Shown here in pieces: positions 25,626 to 38,900 of a stretch of 64,000 bases of DNA. Below the pieces are notes generated by a model. The model saw only the letters and a program-made list of their open reading frames with translations, was not told where the DNA came from and made no database searches. The translations under genes were made by a program, and so were the position numbers. The stretch covers positions 160,001 through 224,000 of IMG/VR virus record IMGVR_UViG_3300045988_160394. One strand, written 5' to 3'. Position 1 is the stretch's first letter; each line of letters starts with the position of its first letter. This DNA is from a virus.

Positions 25626-28600
25626 TATATCACCTCTATATCTATGTTATTTATTTTTATAGCAGAATTACTTGTTTTTAATAAAACTTTAAATCTAAAA
25701 AATCTAGTATCGTTAAACACTAACTGTTTGGATATTCTTAAGTCTTGTGTTAACTCTATCTTTTTTCATGAATGCCATATATCTGCACTATAACTATCTT
25801 TTGAACATTGAACAAATAAATCTACGTCGCCAAGACTACTTATATCAGATATATCTATATCTCTTATTTTATAATTATTAGAATATTGAGTATCTATTAT
25901 TTTAGTTATTAACTCTCCTGAACTAGGAGTTAATAATTTAGGATAATTATCTTTAGTAGAACAATACTCTGCGTATATTCCAAAATTATTTATATATTTC
26001 TTTTCTGGCATTACTATTCTAAGTTTAATATATTTAAGTAATGAGTCTCCATAGACATATCCTATATCATTAAAGCTATTAACAGGTATATATTCTCCAT
26101 TCCTGCTATTACATGATAAGATTTGAATTTTTATTCCCCTCATGTTTTCAAATCCTATTTCATTTATTTTAAATATTAATCTCTTTATAGTTTTAGGATT
26201 GTCTAAACATATAGGAGGTGTTTCTATATGTCCTTCTGTTTTATCTGTATATATATAATTATTTTCTATATTTACATTTAAAGAACTACATTTATTAAAA
26301 TCTTCTCTTGTGTCATATAAGTATAAAGGAGATACTCCCCAATACATATTAGAAGCTATTTTTACATATTTGTCTTTAGTTAATAAAGCTCCTTTATTGA
26401 TTACTTTATCATTATCATCAAAACTAACTCTTATTTTTTGTCCTGATTTACAATGTTCAGTTATTTTAAGATTTAATAAATCTATGTTCTTTTTATGAGC
26501 AGCTATTAAGTTACTATCATTTGAAATTATAATATCATCAATAGTTCCACTGCCTTTTACTATTAAATAATATTTTTTATTCTCTTTAGGAACAATTACA
26601 CTAGATCTTATATTATCTGTTTCATGACTTATTTCATTTAGTATCTTTATATCTATAGAATGAGGGAAATCCATATTTAAATATTTCTTTTCTTCACCAA
26701 TATAAATAGATAAAGATTTCTCAGACCATAAACTTATATAATTCATCTCATTTTGTTTTAATACATGAGTTATATCTATATAAGCATATCCATTAGGAAT
26801 TTCAGGAGAGAAGTTTATTCCTAATCCATTTAGCCCATTCTTTAAAAACATTTTTGTTCCAAAAGTATTTCATGAATTAAAGCTATCACATGCTGTTAAT
26901 GATTCCATAAATGAGACTCCATGTACATTTGATTTACTAGCATCAAAATTATATAATTCATTAATTCCTCTAAATATCATTTCTGAATTTCTTACAAAGT
27001 TATTAGTAGCTTTAAAGGTAGTTATTTCTTCTCCACTTATATCAACGTTATTCATTTGTATATGTTTTTCATTCTTTATATAAACTTCATCTTGTGAAGG
27101 AAATAAATAATATTCTCTGCCATTGATATAATAATAGCCTGTTTGAACCAATAAAGTATCTTTTTCAACAACCTTATTAAATATTAATACGTTATTAACT
27201 CCTTCTGAGTTAAAACTAGGAGAACTACATTTTGTATATATCATATCTACTTCATTAAATCTATCTAACTGCCTTAAATCAAATCTATAACCATCAGTAA
27301 CTCCAGCTATAGAAAATCTATCTATTTCTTCATAAGCATCTATATCATATCCTATAGCTTTATACAAAGCATCTTCACTTAATAAAATGCTTATAGGATT
27401 TTTTATAGTATATCTTAAATATACTTTTTTAGCTTGATCTATTAAACTTTTATCTGTCCATAACATAATACCTTCATCTTTTAACAATTCAAACTCTGAA
27501 ATAGTTATTTCGTTTCTGCCATCGTAAGCAGAATATCCAATATAAAGTAATTCATCTATATTAGAATAAGCTAGCTTTGTAAAACCATCCTCTTCCATAA
27601 GCAATTCTTCTTGAATAATTAAGTTTTCATTTTGCTTATCGGAATATCTTTCATAGATAACTTCACAACCTGGCTCTGGTATTACTATATATTTATTAGT
27701 GAATATCTCATTATTCTCACTTAATTTATAACTTCTTTTTAAATCAACATATCTACTTAATAAAACTTCATCTTTCATATCTATAGTAGTAATCTTATAG
27801 CTTTTAGAGTTAGAAAGATCTATTGGAGTTTTAATAGCCAAATCTTTTAATCCTAAGCACCAGTTGTTTAATATATCGAAACTATGATTCTTTTCAGCTA
27901 CAGAACAAAACTTTACATCAAAATCATAAGTAGTTCCAAAAGGAGTAACTTCATAATACATTAGTGTCTTTGTACTAAGTATGGGACTAAAGTTATTTAA
28001 TACTTTAATATTTCTTACTTCACCTGTAAACATATTAGTTTCATTTATAGCTTGATATATTTTAGTTCCAGCTGGAATAAAACTAATAGAATCAAAAGGA
28101 TGTTCTGTTTCAATATTATTTATTTGAGAATCTATGCTATTAAAAGATATAGTTAAACTATCTGGTAGTTTTGTAAACTTATATTTTTTAGCATCTATTC
28201 CTTCGAATATATCATTCTTTATTTTTATAATTAACACTTTAGGGTTATCAGGATTATTGTTTTCTATTATTAATCCCTTACAAAGTTTATTAGCATAAAC
28301 TTTATCTCTACTAGAATCATATTCTGGGAAATATCTTTTTATCATGTTTTCTAGTGTTATAGTTTTTAATGCGGTATTTCTTATTCCATCTATAGTAACA
28401 AAATTAACACTTTGTCCAGCTTTCATGGTTATATTATAGTAAACCTTGCCGCTTTCTTCTATTAAGTAAGTAGAAGCATTGTCACAAACAACGTTCTTTA
28501 TGTTTTCATATTCTTCTAAATTTAATCTTATTCAAGCATTATCTTTTAAAGCTTTATACGAAGTAGCAGGAGTATATTTTTTATTTCTATTTAAAATTGA

Positions 28601-30694
28601 ACCTACAGTATTAACTGTTAGTAAATCCACTAATCCATTTGTAGATATTTCTATTATCCTATTACAATTATCTTTATTAGGAATAATATCAGTAAGATAT
28701 TTTAAAGATTGCATATCCCCACCAACATATATAGCTTTTAGAATTGGAGAAGAACTTGTTTTACTAGACATTTCTATTATTAGATTATTAATAGCTATAT
28801 TAGGCAATCTATATCCATGATTATCTTTAATTAAATTTCCGTATTGTAATTTTAAATCAATATTGTGGCAAGCATATTTAAAGTTAGAAAATCTAACAGG
28901 GCCATCATGATTACTTATTACAGTAAGCTTTATTCTTTTAGAATTGTCATATGTTTTAGAAGTCCATTTTTTAGGTTCACTTAATTTTTCATATGAAGTA
29001 TTACCATCTATCTCTATAAATAAATCAGCATCTCCTTCTATTAGTTCAAAGCTAATTTCATTAGCTTCTGTATCTATAACGAACTTTCTTTCTTGATTAA
29101 TATCATATCTAAATACTAATTCATTTTCTTTTCAAAAACTATATTTATCGTTTTTTATTAAGCTATATGGCATATCTACTAGTTGATGTTCTATATCTAC
29201 TATTACATTACTTAATCCTAATCCTGATACATTTAATACACCTCTTCCTGTATTAATGCCGTATCCTAATTCAATACCCTCTTTGTTATCTATTAACCCT
29301 TCATAGCTATTAAAATGTTTAATTGATTTTACAGATTTCTTAATAGAAGTGTTTACTAATGAACCTTGAGCATTAAGAGTAAAACCAGGAGCTGGTTTTA
29401 ATAAGTCTTTTACTTCTACTATTTCATTAGTGACTTTATGTTTATAAATTACTTTAGCTTTAGATATAGACATTGAATTATAATTATCAGGATAGAACTC
29501 TAATCTATATAATTGATTATCAGTTATTTTTGAATTATCAACTGCAACAACATCTTTACCTAATTTATATATCTCTTCTATCTTTCTTTTTTCTTCTTTT
29601 TGACTGTACTCGAATACTGATAGCTCTATGTTATCATTTGTTATTTCTATTGCTTCAGAAGCTTTTATATTATATTTAGCATTTATAGGAGTTAATATAT
29701 CCTCATATTTCTTTAATTGAAAACTAATCTCTTTTTTTATATTTTTGTCTTGTACATATTTTTCTAATTTAACTAATGATTTATTATACATTATAATATC
29801 TGCATCTGTAGTAGTTTCTTGATCAGCCATTATTACTTTTAAATCTGTATCTGAACCTATACCATTTTGATATTCTGATATTATTTCATCTCAAACATTA
29901 TCTAAAAATTCTATAGATTTAAAACTATAACTCCATTTATCTAAATCTCATTGTTTATCTTTTAAACAGTCTCTATTAATTTTATCTAGCATTTCTAATA
30001 ATGTTTTATATTCTTTATATGGTTTAACAAGATTTTCTGGAGTAACTTTTGATATTACAATATCATCTTCTGTTATATCAACTAAAGACATTAATTCACT
30101 TATTATTGCATTCCTCAATCCTTTCTCTGAAGAATTACCTAAGTTCTTTGTAGTATAGATTATTCTATCTAATAGTTGTTTGTTAGTTTCTTCAATATGC
30201 CTTTCTATACCAACAAATACAGCATATTCATCGAATATATTTCAAACATGTTTTTTCTCTAATTGGTATTCATAATTATAATCGTTTATGTTAATAGAAA
30301 AGCTTAACACTTCTGGATCTATTATTTCTAATCTTAAATAAACATTTCCATTTTCATAGTAAACAATATTTATGTTATTATAAAACTCATCTATATCATT
30401 AGTTAACTCATATTTCTTATTGTTATATTCTACATAAGAAATATAATCGGTATCTTTTATTTGACCTATATTTGAACCATATACAAAGGCAATAATTGTA
30501 TCTTCTTTTCCCTTATATTTATCTAAGAAGTAAAAATCTTTATATTTCTTTATAGCTGAATCAAGCTCTAAAGTTTCTTTTAGAGCTGTATCAACTAATT
30601 GTCCTCCTATAGATTTATCACTTCTTTTTCTAATGTCTGACCATAATGGAAAATATTCTAAAGCTCTTTTAAGCATATTTGAATAATTAAACAT
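25625..30694 (-). CDS. Giant baseplate/fibre-network protein, 1689 aa under table 4
   Basis: ATG 30692-30694 overlaps the TAA of the Baseplate-J-like gene (TAATG), with GGGAGGT upstream. Fragments 30242-30694, 29132-29830, 28532-28807, 26870-28426 and 25766-26851 are all in one frame. Seven in-frame TGA: 30242, 29948, 29891, 29132, 28532, 26870, 25766. The gaps contain no TAA/TAG. TAA at 25625-25627. Confidence 0.7.
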
Positions 30695-31494
30695 TATTTA
30701 TCTACCTCCCACCAAATCATTTCCTCATATAACATTTTGCTACTAACTGTTTGTAATATTTCATAGGCTGTAGATTCTTTATCATCTAAATAAACTTGTA
30801 TTATATTGAAATATTCTACGCCTTCTACATTTAATCCCATGTTGTTTATTTTACCTAGCATAAGTTTAGATCCTGGTGCTAAATTATTTATATAGTCTTT
30901 AATCTTTAAACTTATTTCTCTTTTTATATAATTAATATCTTTACCGTCTTCTACATCTATATAAGCAACTAATTTTACTTTACATGGTGTTGGTACTGTA
31001 TAATTAATTATACTAGAAGGAGAAACGACCGCTCCTATTATTTTTTCAGCTTCTGCAATAGTATTTTTTATATAATCTTCCTCATATTTATAAGGAATTA
31101 AATAAACTGTACCTGTTCCTATTCCATCTGTATAAGGAACATAAGTAGCTGAAGAAGCAAAGCTTAATGTTTTAATAGCTTCATTAATAGCTGTTAAGTT
31201 ATTAGAAGCATTTCTTCTTGTTCAATTCATTAATCTAAATTTATAGTTTTCATCTGTTTCATCTAATTGTCTAGGACATTGCAAGAAATAACCTGTACTG
31301 TCTAATTCTTCACCAGTCTGTTTTGTAAATAAATATGGTTTTTTATTATTATCTATTTCTTTATATGCTATTGATAACATAGATGAAAAAGACTTAAATA
31401 TCATATCAATAACAGAACCTTTAGCAGTATCTATTTTTGTATTTTTCCTAAATGAATCTTTTAATCCGATATAAATTTCTTCAAATGATTTCAT
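30694..31494 (-). CDS. Baseplate wedge protein, Baseplate_J / gp6 / XkdT-like, 266 aa under table 4
   Basis: ATG 31492-31494 with AAAGGAGGT upstream. The N-terminus (...KGSVIDMIFKSFSSMLSIAYKEID...TGEELDSTGYFLQCPR) has the Baseplate_J pattern as I recall it. The gene lies directly after the gp25-like gene, as in P2 W-J and PBSX XkdS-XkdT. One in-frame TGA at 31222 truncates it to 90 aa in the track. Confidence 0.6.
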
Positions 31495-31509
31495 TTCATA
31501 TACCTCCTT

Positions 31510-32031
31510 TTAAAAGTCTATATTATAAGTTTTATTTTCACTTATAATAGTTACTGATAATGTATTGCTATAATCAAGATATTTTGAATTAGCTACTCTT
31601 ATTGTAACTATAGGATTATCTATTAAATCAGAAATAGCTTGTCTTATGCATTTCTCTAACTCTTTTACAGTAGAATCTTTGTCTATTAAACTATGAATAA
31701 CTGTTTCTATTTTCGAGCCAATATCTCTATTTCCTCTTAAGGAACCTAAGGCTGTTAATAATCTTATTTTAATTGCTTGCTCCATAGCTAAGTCTCCACT
31801 AATTATTCTTAACTCTTTATCTTCTTTAGGCTTATTAATTTCGAAGTTTATTGCTAAAGAATTTTTAGGAATTCTTTTTATATTTGTATTCTCTACAAAG
31901 AAATTAATTCTTAATGCATTTGATTTAGATGTGAAAAAATTTATTTCTAATCTTTGTTTGCTATCTGATATGTTTTCTATAGATAGATCACCACGAGGTG
32001 TTAAAAATAAGTCTTTCATATTATTTGTCAT
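31510..32031 (-). CDS. Baseplate wedge protein, GPW/gp25-like
   Basis: AIKIRLLTALGSLRGNRDIGSKIETVIH resembles the gp25/GPW signature (L.T..GE....P.FG..L). It sits upstream of the Baseplate_J-like gene. AAGGAGG abuts the first ATG (32029-32031), so the second ATG (32017-32019) may be the real start. TAA stop at 31510. Confidence 0.6.
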   Translation of the reverse strand: MTNNMKDLFLTPRGDLSIENISDSKQRLEINFFTSKSNALRINFFVENTNIKRIPKNSLAINFEINKPKEDKELRIISGDLAMEQAIKIRLLTALGSLRGNRDIGSKIETVIHSLIDKDSTVKELEKCIRQAISDLIDNPIVTIRVANSKYLDYSNTLSVTIISENKTYNIDF

Positions 32032-32554
32032 CCTCCTTATCTCTATCTATATAGTATTTCTTTATATCCTCTAAAACATTTAAATCCAATCCTAATTGCT
32101 CAGGAGTATTAGGAACATTTAATCTATTAGAGAATATAGCTGTTGAAATAGGTCTTCTTATTAGAACTCATTTCTCTAAAGTAGGTTCTCAGCTTTTAAC
32201 TAATACTGTACCATTCATTAATAGATTACCTATTATGTTTTGATTCACCATTCTATAATCAGATAATTCTATTAATTGATTATTGAATTTATGTTTATTC
32301 ATAACTAAGTCATTAAAGTTATGATCTTCTATTACAGCACTTGAAGTATGAGATAAAGAACTTTGTGTTATATTAGACATATTCTTATCCATTTTAAATT
32401 GAGTATATTCATCTATACATAAATTAATATTTCCATCATCTCTAACAATTACAGATGATTTAGATTTAGGATTAACTATACCTGTATCTCCTGAAATATC
32501 TACTTTTCCTGTTTTATTTTTTACATCATTGAATAAGTTACTTTTATTACTCAT
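32021..32554 (-). CDS. Small baseplate-region protein, 177 aa under table 4
   Basis: ATG 32552-32554 with AGGAGGAG upstream, which contains the upstream TAG. In-frame TGA at 32189 and 32168 extend the 121 aa track ORF to TAA 32021-32023. Function not recognised. Confidence 0.65.
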
Positions 32555-32563
32555 ATTCTCCTC

Positions 32564-32926
32564 CTAAAAACCTAAATTACCTGAAAAAGTAGCAGGACCA
32601 GAATGAGTATCATTGTTACTACTTTTTTCAGCAGTCAATCTACTTTTATCAACCAATCCTGTTATTCTTATTACTTTACCTACTTCTTCTATTTCTACAT
32701 AGTCTCCAGTTTTAGGGAAGCCCCCTAAGATTCCTCTTAGAGAGCTTTTCTTAACTGGAACATCTTCTTTTATTGTTAATATTCCATCTATATTTTTATA
32801 TGATATAGTACAAACATTTCTATCTTCATTAGTATCTAACACTTCTGCTAATTTTTCTTGAGATATATTATATTTGTTATATGGTGCAACAATATTGTCT
32901 TTAAAAATGTTTTTCAAATTACTCAC
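32564..32926 (-). CDS. Small baseplate protein, possible OB-fold spike/XkdR- or gpV-like
   Basis: GTG start 32924-32926 with AGAGGTGA 6 nt upstream. ...GGFPKTGDYVEIEEVGKVIRITGLV resembles the GD.V...... beta-strand pattern of small spike/OB-fold baseplate proteins. It follows the hub-containing ORF. TAG stop at 32564. Confidence 0.45.
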   Translation of the reverse strand: MSNLKNIFKDNIVAPYNKYNISQEKLAEVLDTNEDRNVCTISYKNIDGILTIKEDVPVKKSSLRGILGGFPKTGDYVEIEEVGKVIRITGLVDKSRLTAEKSSNNDTHSGPATFSGNLGF

Positions 32927-32938
32927 AATATTTCACCT

Positions 32939-35900
32939 CTATTTTATATTATTTGACTTTAATGGAGCTAACGCCATTATGTTAAATTTTTTTCCGTTCT
33001 TGTTATAACTGAATACACCATCACTATCTTTTATTATATTTGTATCACCAACATATTTATCTAAAACCTCTTTAAATTCATCTGAATTCTTTTTAACTTC
33101 TAATACCATTGAATAACCTGTAGATCTTCATTTACCCTTAGTATCATTTGCTCTTGCTCCACTTTTAAAAAGTATTTTACTATCTTTAATTTCTTCTTCT
33201 GCTAGCATTTTACTTAATAGCCATACTAACTCTTCAGAAACTAAAGGCATATCTATAATATTGTTTTCTATTTTTATAGGTACTGCTTCTGTTCCACTTT
33301 CAAAAGGTATGTTAATAGTTGCTGATGGTTTATCACTATGAGCTATAGAGAATCTTTTAGCCACAATAGCTGCTTTTATATTTGGATCGTTAACTAAGCT
33401 ATTAAGTTTTAATACTTTTGGATTTGTAGCTAATGTCATTGTACTAACATCAAGGATTTCATATTGCTTTAATATATCTTCTGAATAATCGTCGCTTCTT
33501 GGAGTTTTGATTCTAGGCTTAACCATCATTGCATATGATTCTTGGTTATTAGCAGAATATGAAGAAGAAACATTATTATAAATCTCTTGTAGTAATTCTT
33601 CTTCAGTTTTTTCATCTCCAACATCTACTCCTAAATCTTTTCTTCATTCTTGAGATAAATTATCTAATACTCCTTTATCGACGAATTGATCTAATATCCA
33701 ATCCATTACAGGTAAGTCTCCATCTAAGTCTTTTATACTTTTAACAAATTGTAAGACCATTCCTTGTATAGAATCATAACCATCTTTTACTGGCCAGCCA
33801 TATACAGAACCTTTGTGTCCGTTCATTCCAGCTATTAAAGGTTTATTATTTTTCTTCAATGGATAAACATCTATTGCTTGTATTCCTTCTAAAAATCTAG
33901 TAAAGACTTCTTGAGCATTATTAATCATAACATACATAACTGTTTCAATAGCTAAATCTATTAACAGCGTTGCAGGATTTAATTTTATTACTCCTTCAGC
34001 TACAGCTTTTAATGATTTTAATAAAGTTCCACCTCTTAGTTTATCAGCAACTTTAGCAAATTTGGTTACCTTAGCTGCATCATCTAATTCGAATATAGAT
34101 TTAAAGCTTTTAAGAAAGTCTCCTATAGAATCTATTTTTAATGTTTTATTATTAATAGCTTTTAATAGTTCTTCTTCATTTAATATTTTAGCAAGATCTT
34201 TATTTATCTTTTGAGCTTCTCCAAACTCTTTAGCACTCCATTTATCTAATATTGCTCTAGACTCTCTAGATAAAGACTTATATAGATTATTTTCTTTGCT
34301 AGATATTTTTTTAATATCTTCTGCAAATTCATGTAAGTTTAATTTACTATAATCTAAGTGTTTATCTAAATCTATTTTAGTTGATTTAATTTCTTTCAAT
34401 ATTTCTTCTAATTTCTCAGGAGTTATATCACTAGAAACATTACCTACTTTATCTTTTCCAAAAGCTTTCTTAAGAGCTTCTGCATATTCGTCTGCGTCTA
34501 TTCTAGAATAATGTAACAATGCTTCAGCAACATCATCTATCTTATCTAATGATCCTGGTTTAATTTTTGATAAATTGTTTATAGCATTATCTACTCCATT
34601 AAGATTTAAGGATTCTTTATTAGTAAATATGTTTAAACTTTCGAACAATGATTTAGCTGCTGGTCTATCTTTCAAGAATTCTTTCATACCTGTAGCATGA
34701 GATAAGTCTTCTGCTATATCTACTAGTTTTTCTGTTTTACCGTACATATCTTTACTTTTAGCAATTACTCTAGTAAGTTTACCATTAACCATATAAGCGT
34801 TAACTTTGTCGGCTATTGCTAAACCAACTCCAAATCCTAATAGTCCTCCAGCTGTAGATAATAAGTTTTGAGCTGCTACTTCGTATTGGTCCTTATGTCT
34901 TGCAATAACATCAGGCATTATAGAAGTAGTAAATCCTGTATCTATACTCATAGTATGAATAACTGCTTCAACTTCAAATTGTCCCATCATATCTTCATAA
35001 GTATCATGGATATAGATTCTGTCATGTGGTTTTATAGAAGGATCACCAAGTACAGCAACATCTCCTAAATACATATCTTTTACAGCATTCTTTAATGAGT
35101 TAGCAGTAACTCTTAAAGCAGTTGCTTTATTTACTTTATCATCATTAGGATCTGTAGCCCATTCTTCTGATAAATGGTTTGTAACTCCTAAATCAATCCA
35201 TCCATTACCTGCTGCTAATAATCCTGTATCAACAGTCATTGTTTTTTGATATTCAGGATATATATTCATATCTACATATATAGGTCCTACAGTAGATTGT
35301 TCTCTACCTCACCATGGAGATGATGATTGCCACATTCCTATTGCATTAGTTTTTAATTGAGCTTCTGATGCCTTTATAGAGTTATAAACTATATCAGTAT
35401 AAGAATCTATATAATGAAATTGTTGGAATGGCTTTCTTTTTTCTACTACTTTATTATCTACTAGTACGTAGTCATAAGCATAATAATGATTTGGTTTTCC
35501 TAAGAAGATAGTACTTCTAAAGCCGAAATCTCTTATAGCTCCTATATAGTTGATTCCTGCATTAGCAGATAAATGTAATAGATCCCAGAATGTTTTATCT
35601 TGTAATGAAGTATTTAATATTGGTGTTATCTTTTTTAAACTAGGACCATTAGTTACTTCATTAACTCCTTTTAATAAACTTTTATCTGAAACTTCATATA
35701 AGTTTTGCACTACTTCACCTTGTTCAAAAATACTTGTATATTTAGGATCTCCAAAATGAGTAATACCAAATATATTGTCATTAAACCATCTACCATCAGA
35801 GAAATAGTCAACTGCTTTTCTCCATCCTCCACATTTAGCTGTTAATAGTTTGGCTAATAAATCTCTAGGACTTTCTCCTCCTTTAGACCAGTTACCTCTA

Positions 35901-38900
35901 AAATCTTTAAACCATGTTACAGCTGATTGTGCAGCATCTATAGATACAGCTTCTATTTCACCAAAACCACTTAAAGGATTTGTAAGCTCATGTCCATCTC
36001 CTTGAGCAACTATTTGAGCTACTTCTGCTACTTCAACTTCAGCTACTTTTCCATTAAACACTACAGGTAATTTAGAACCGTCTCCTGAGTATCCCATTCT
36101 AACATGTATTCTTATACCTGGTTGTAACATAACTGTATCAGGTAGATTCTTTCTAGCTCTTATTCTTTTTTCTTTATCGAAATAAGCTTTAGGAGAGAAT
36201 ATAGAATCGAACACATCTCTTAATCCATATATATCAGCGTATTGTTGTGTAGTTGTTGAATCAGGTTCCATAGTATATGAATTAAATGTATTATTCATAA
36301 CTAATGTACATGTATCAGCTGCTATCTTTCTAGATTTAACAACGTTAATACTAGATATAGAGTTCATGTTATAGAAGTTGTCATGTAACTTCCAAGAACC
36401 AAATTTTCTACCTTCATCTACAAATACAACATAATAAGTAGGGAATGCTCTTGCCAATCTACCTCTTTTATCATTAACAAGCATATCATAGAATGAATGT
36501 AATATATATGCTCTAGGATCTTCAGCTGATTCTATGAATACATCTTTCATTAATGAGTTCATAACCTTCTGACTAGTAGATGTATAAGCTATAGTCTTTC
36601 CATCATTACTTAATGTCATATTTATTCCACCCATAGCAGATAGGAATTTTACAGCTGATATTTTTGAATCAGATAATCCTTCTCCAGATTCAATATAACC
36701 TGTTAAATTATTTAATGATTCATAATCTCTATATTTAAATAATGTATATAAGTCATTTGCATTTCTAGTTGTAGCTGCTATAAAAGGATATATTAATCTA
36801 GCACAAAAAGCTTGCTGAGATGCTCTGTGTACAGAATTCATTAATTCCTTCATTTCTTTTTGGTCAAAACCTAAAGCTTTTAATCCTCCTGTTACAGTCT
36901 TTACATCACTAAGATTAGGTTTTTTATCAGCATCTTTTCCTTTAAGTTCAGCATTTGAAAAAATCAATAAAGGATTACCCATATATAAAGGGTTTAACAT
37001 TCTACCTAATAAACCACCATCTTCTGGCATATCTGAGAATCCAAAACTTTCATAATAGATATCATTCCAGTCATTTGCTATTATATCTATTTCAGATATT
37101 AAAAGCCCATCTACTATCATCTTTCTTAAATGAAGTAATACATTTCTTAAGAAAGCTTCTGCATTATTTTCTATGCTTGTTAAAATAGCTGTTTTATATT
37201 TCTTTATTTCATCACTATTAGAATCTAACTTATTATAATATGGGTCTAAAAATCCTGCCTGTATCTTTTCATAAGGAGAATCTTTTTCTGATACATATGT
37301 TATATTTGATTCTTTCTGCATCATGTCAGAAATCAATTTAGGATCAGAATATTGTACTATTCTTCACGCTCCAAAAACTGTTCCTGTATCGATTCCTTCT
37401 TTTATACTTAAAGCATAACTAGATTTACCTTCTATTTTATCTGTAATACAATAAGGTAAAAATGATCCTTTATATTCCGAATCTGTTTGATCTTTATTAG
37501 GATATTCAGCTAATGTCATATAATGATTTGGATACCAATCTTCTTCTTCTTTTATTCCACTAGCATATTCTCTATTTCCTGATAAAGCACATCCTGAGGC
37601 AAATAAGAATCCTATCATATATTGAATTGGATTTGCTAACTCAAAAGAACTTTTACCGAAAGAATCAGTTATTGGATGCATTTTAATTGATGTAGCTGTT
37701 GGACATAGTATTTCAATTAATTCTTTACCTTCTCCTTTTGTAAATAAATTGTTTACTGCGTCGCTACAAACTTTTTTATAGTTATTTTTTCTAGTTAAGT
37801 CTTTACTGTTCTTTTCATAATCTATAGGCTTAGATAATATTTTATCTATTAAGTTTATACATTTAGTTCTTCTAGCTTTTATTTCTTCTGCGAAAGCATC
37901 TTTGTTGTCTTCTTTTATTTTTCTAATAGCTTCATCAACACATTTATCAGCTAAAGGAGCTTTCCATCCAGGTATGATTTCTCATCCATCAGTTACGTCA
38001 GTCATAACTAATTTTTTAATAGCCATAGAAAGTCCTAATCTTTCTTCTATTGTTTCTTTCTTATCCTTAGATAAGTTTTTCATGTTTTTCAGTTTAGAAG
38101 AAATTTCTCCTTCGATGTTTTTAATTACATCATAGTAAGAGCTACCTTTTGCATTATCTGCACTTTCTAAAGTTATTCCTGTATAAGCTTCTATTTTTCC
38201 TGTTAGTTCAGCTCCATATACGTCTTTAAATTTAAACATATGAGATGGATCATCTTCTGTTTTGAATAAGTTTTTAGCTAAACCTTCTTTAACCATTTTC
38301 TTTATTACTAAAGATGTATATGGATAAGCATAAACAATATAGAAATCTGGATCTGGATAACTTCTATTTTGACCAGCGTATTTAACATATCTAAATCCTA
38401 ATTTACCTAACTCTTCTAATGAAGGTAAATCTAAATCTGGATATAGTTCTACTTTTGATAAAGCATAATTTAAGTTAAAGTAATTTTTAATAGATAAGCT
38501 AGAACTTCCATTAAAGTCAACTCTTCCACCTTCTGCTTTTACATCCAATCTTCTTAAAGCTTCTCTTTGTCTTTGAGTTCTATCTACAGAAGTTAATCTC
38601 ATAAATATAGAATATACTCCAGGGAAACCTTCCATAGTATCTACTTCTATCATATCTATTAATACTTCAGATACTCCTAACATTGTAGTTAAATCAGATT
38701 TGATTTTAATAGGCCATGCAGGTAAAACTTTTCTATATGTTTTTGCAGTAGCAGATGCTAGATTAGGAAGAGAGTTTAATGCTGAAACTATAGTTATATC
38801 GTCAGTAACTAATTGAAATTCTAATTGTATATCTTGTCCACCTATATATTGAGGACCTTTACCTTCTATAGCTTTTAATGAAACTTCTGTAAAACTGTTA

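Noticed and set aside
29831-29940. Apparent double frameshift between fragments 30242-30694 and 29132-29830
   Set aside because: It arose from my own one-base transcription slip. Re-reading line 29881 gives a continuous frame with TGA at 29948 and 29891 only.
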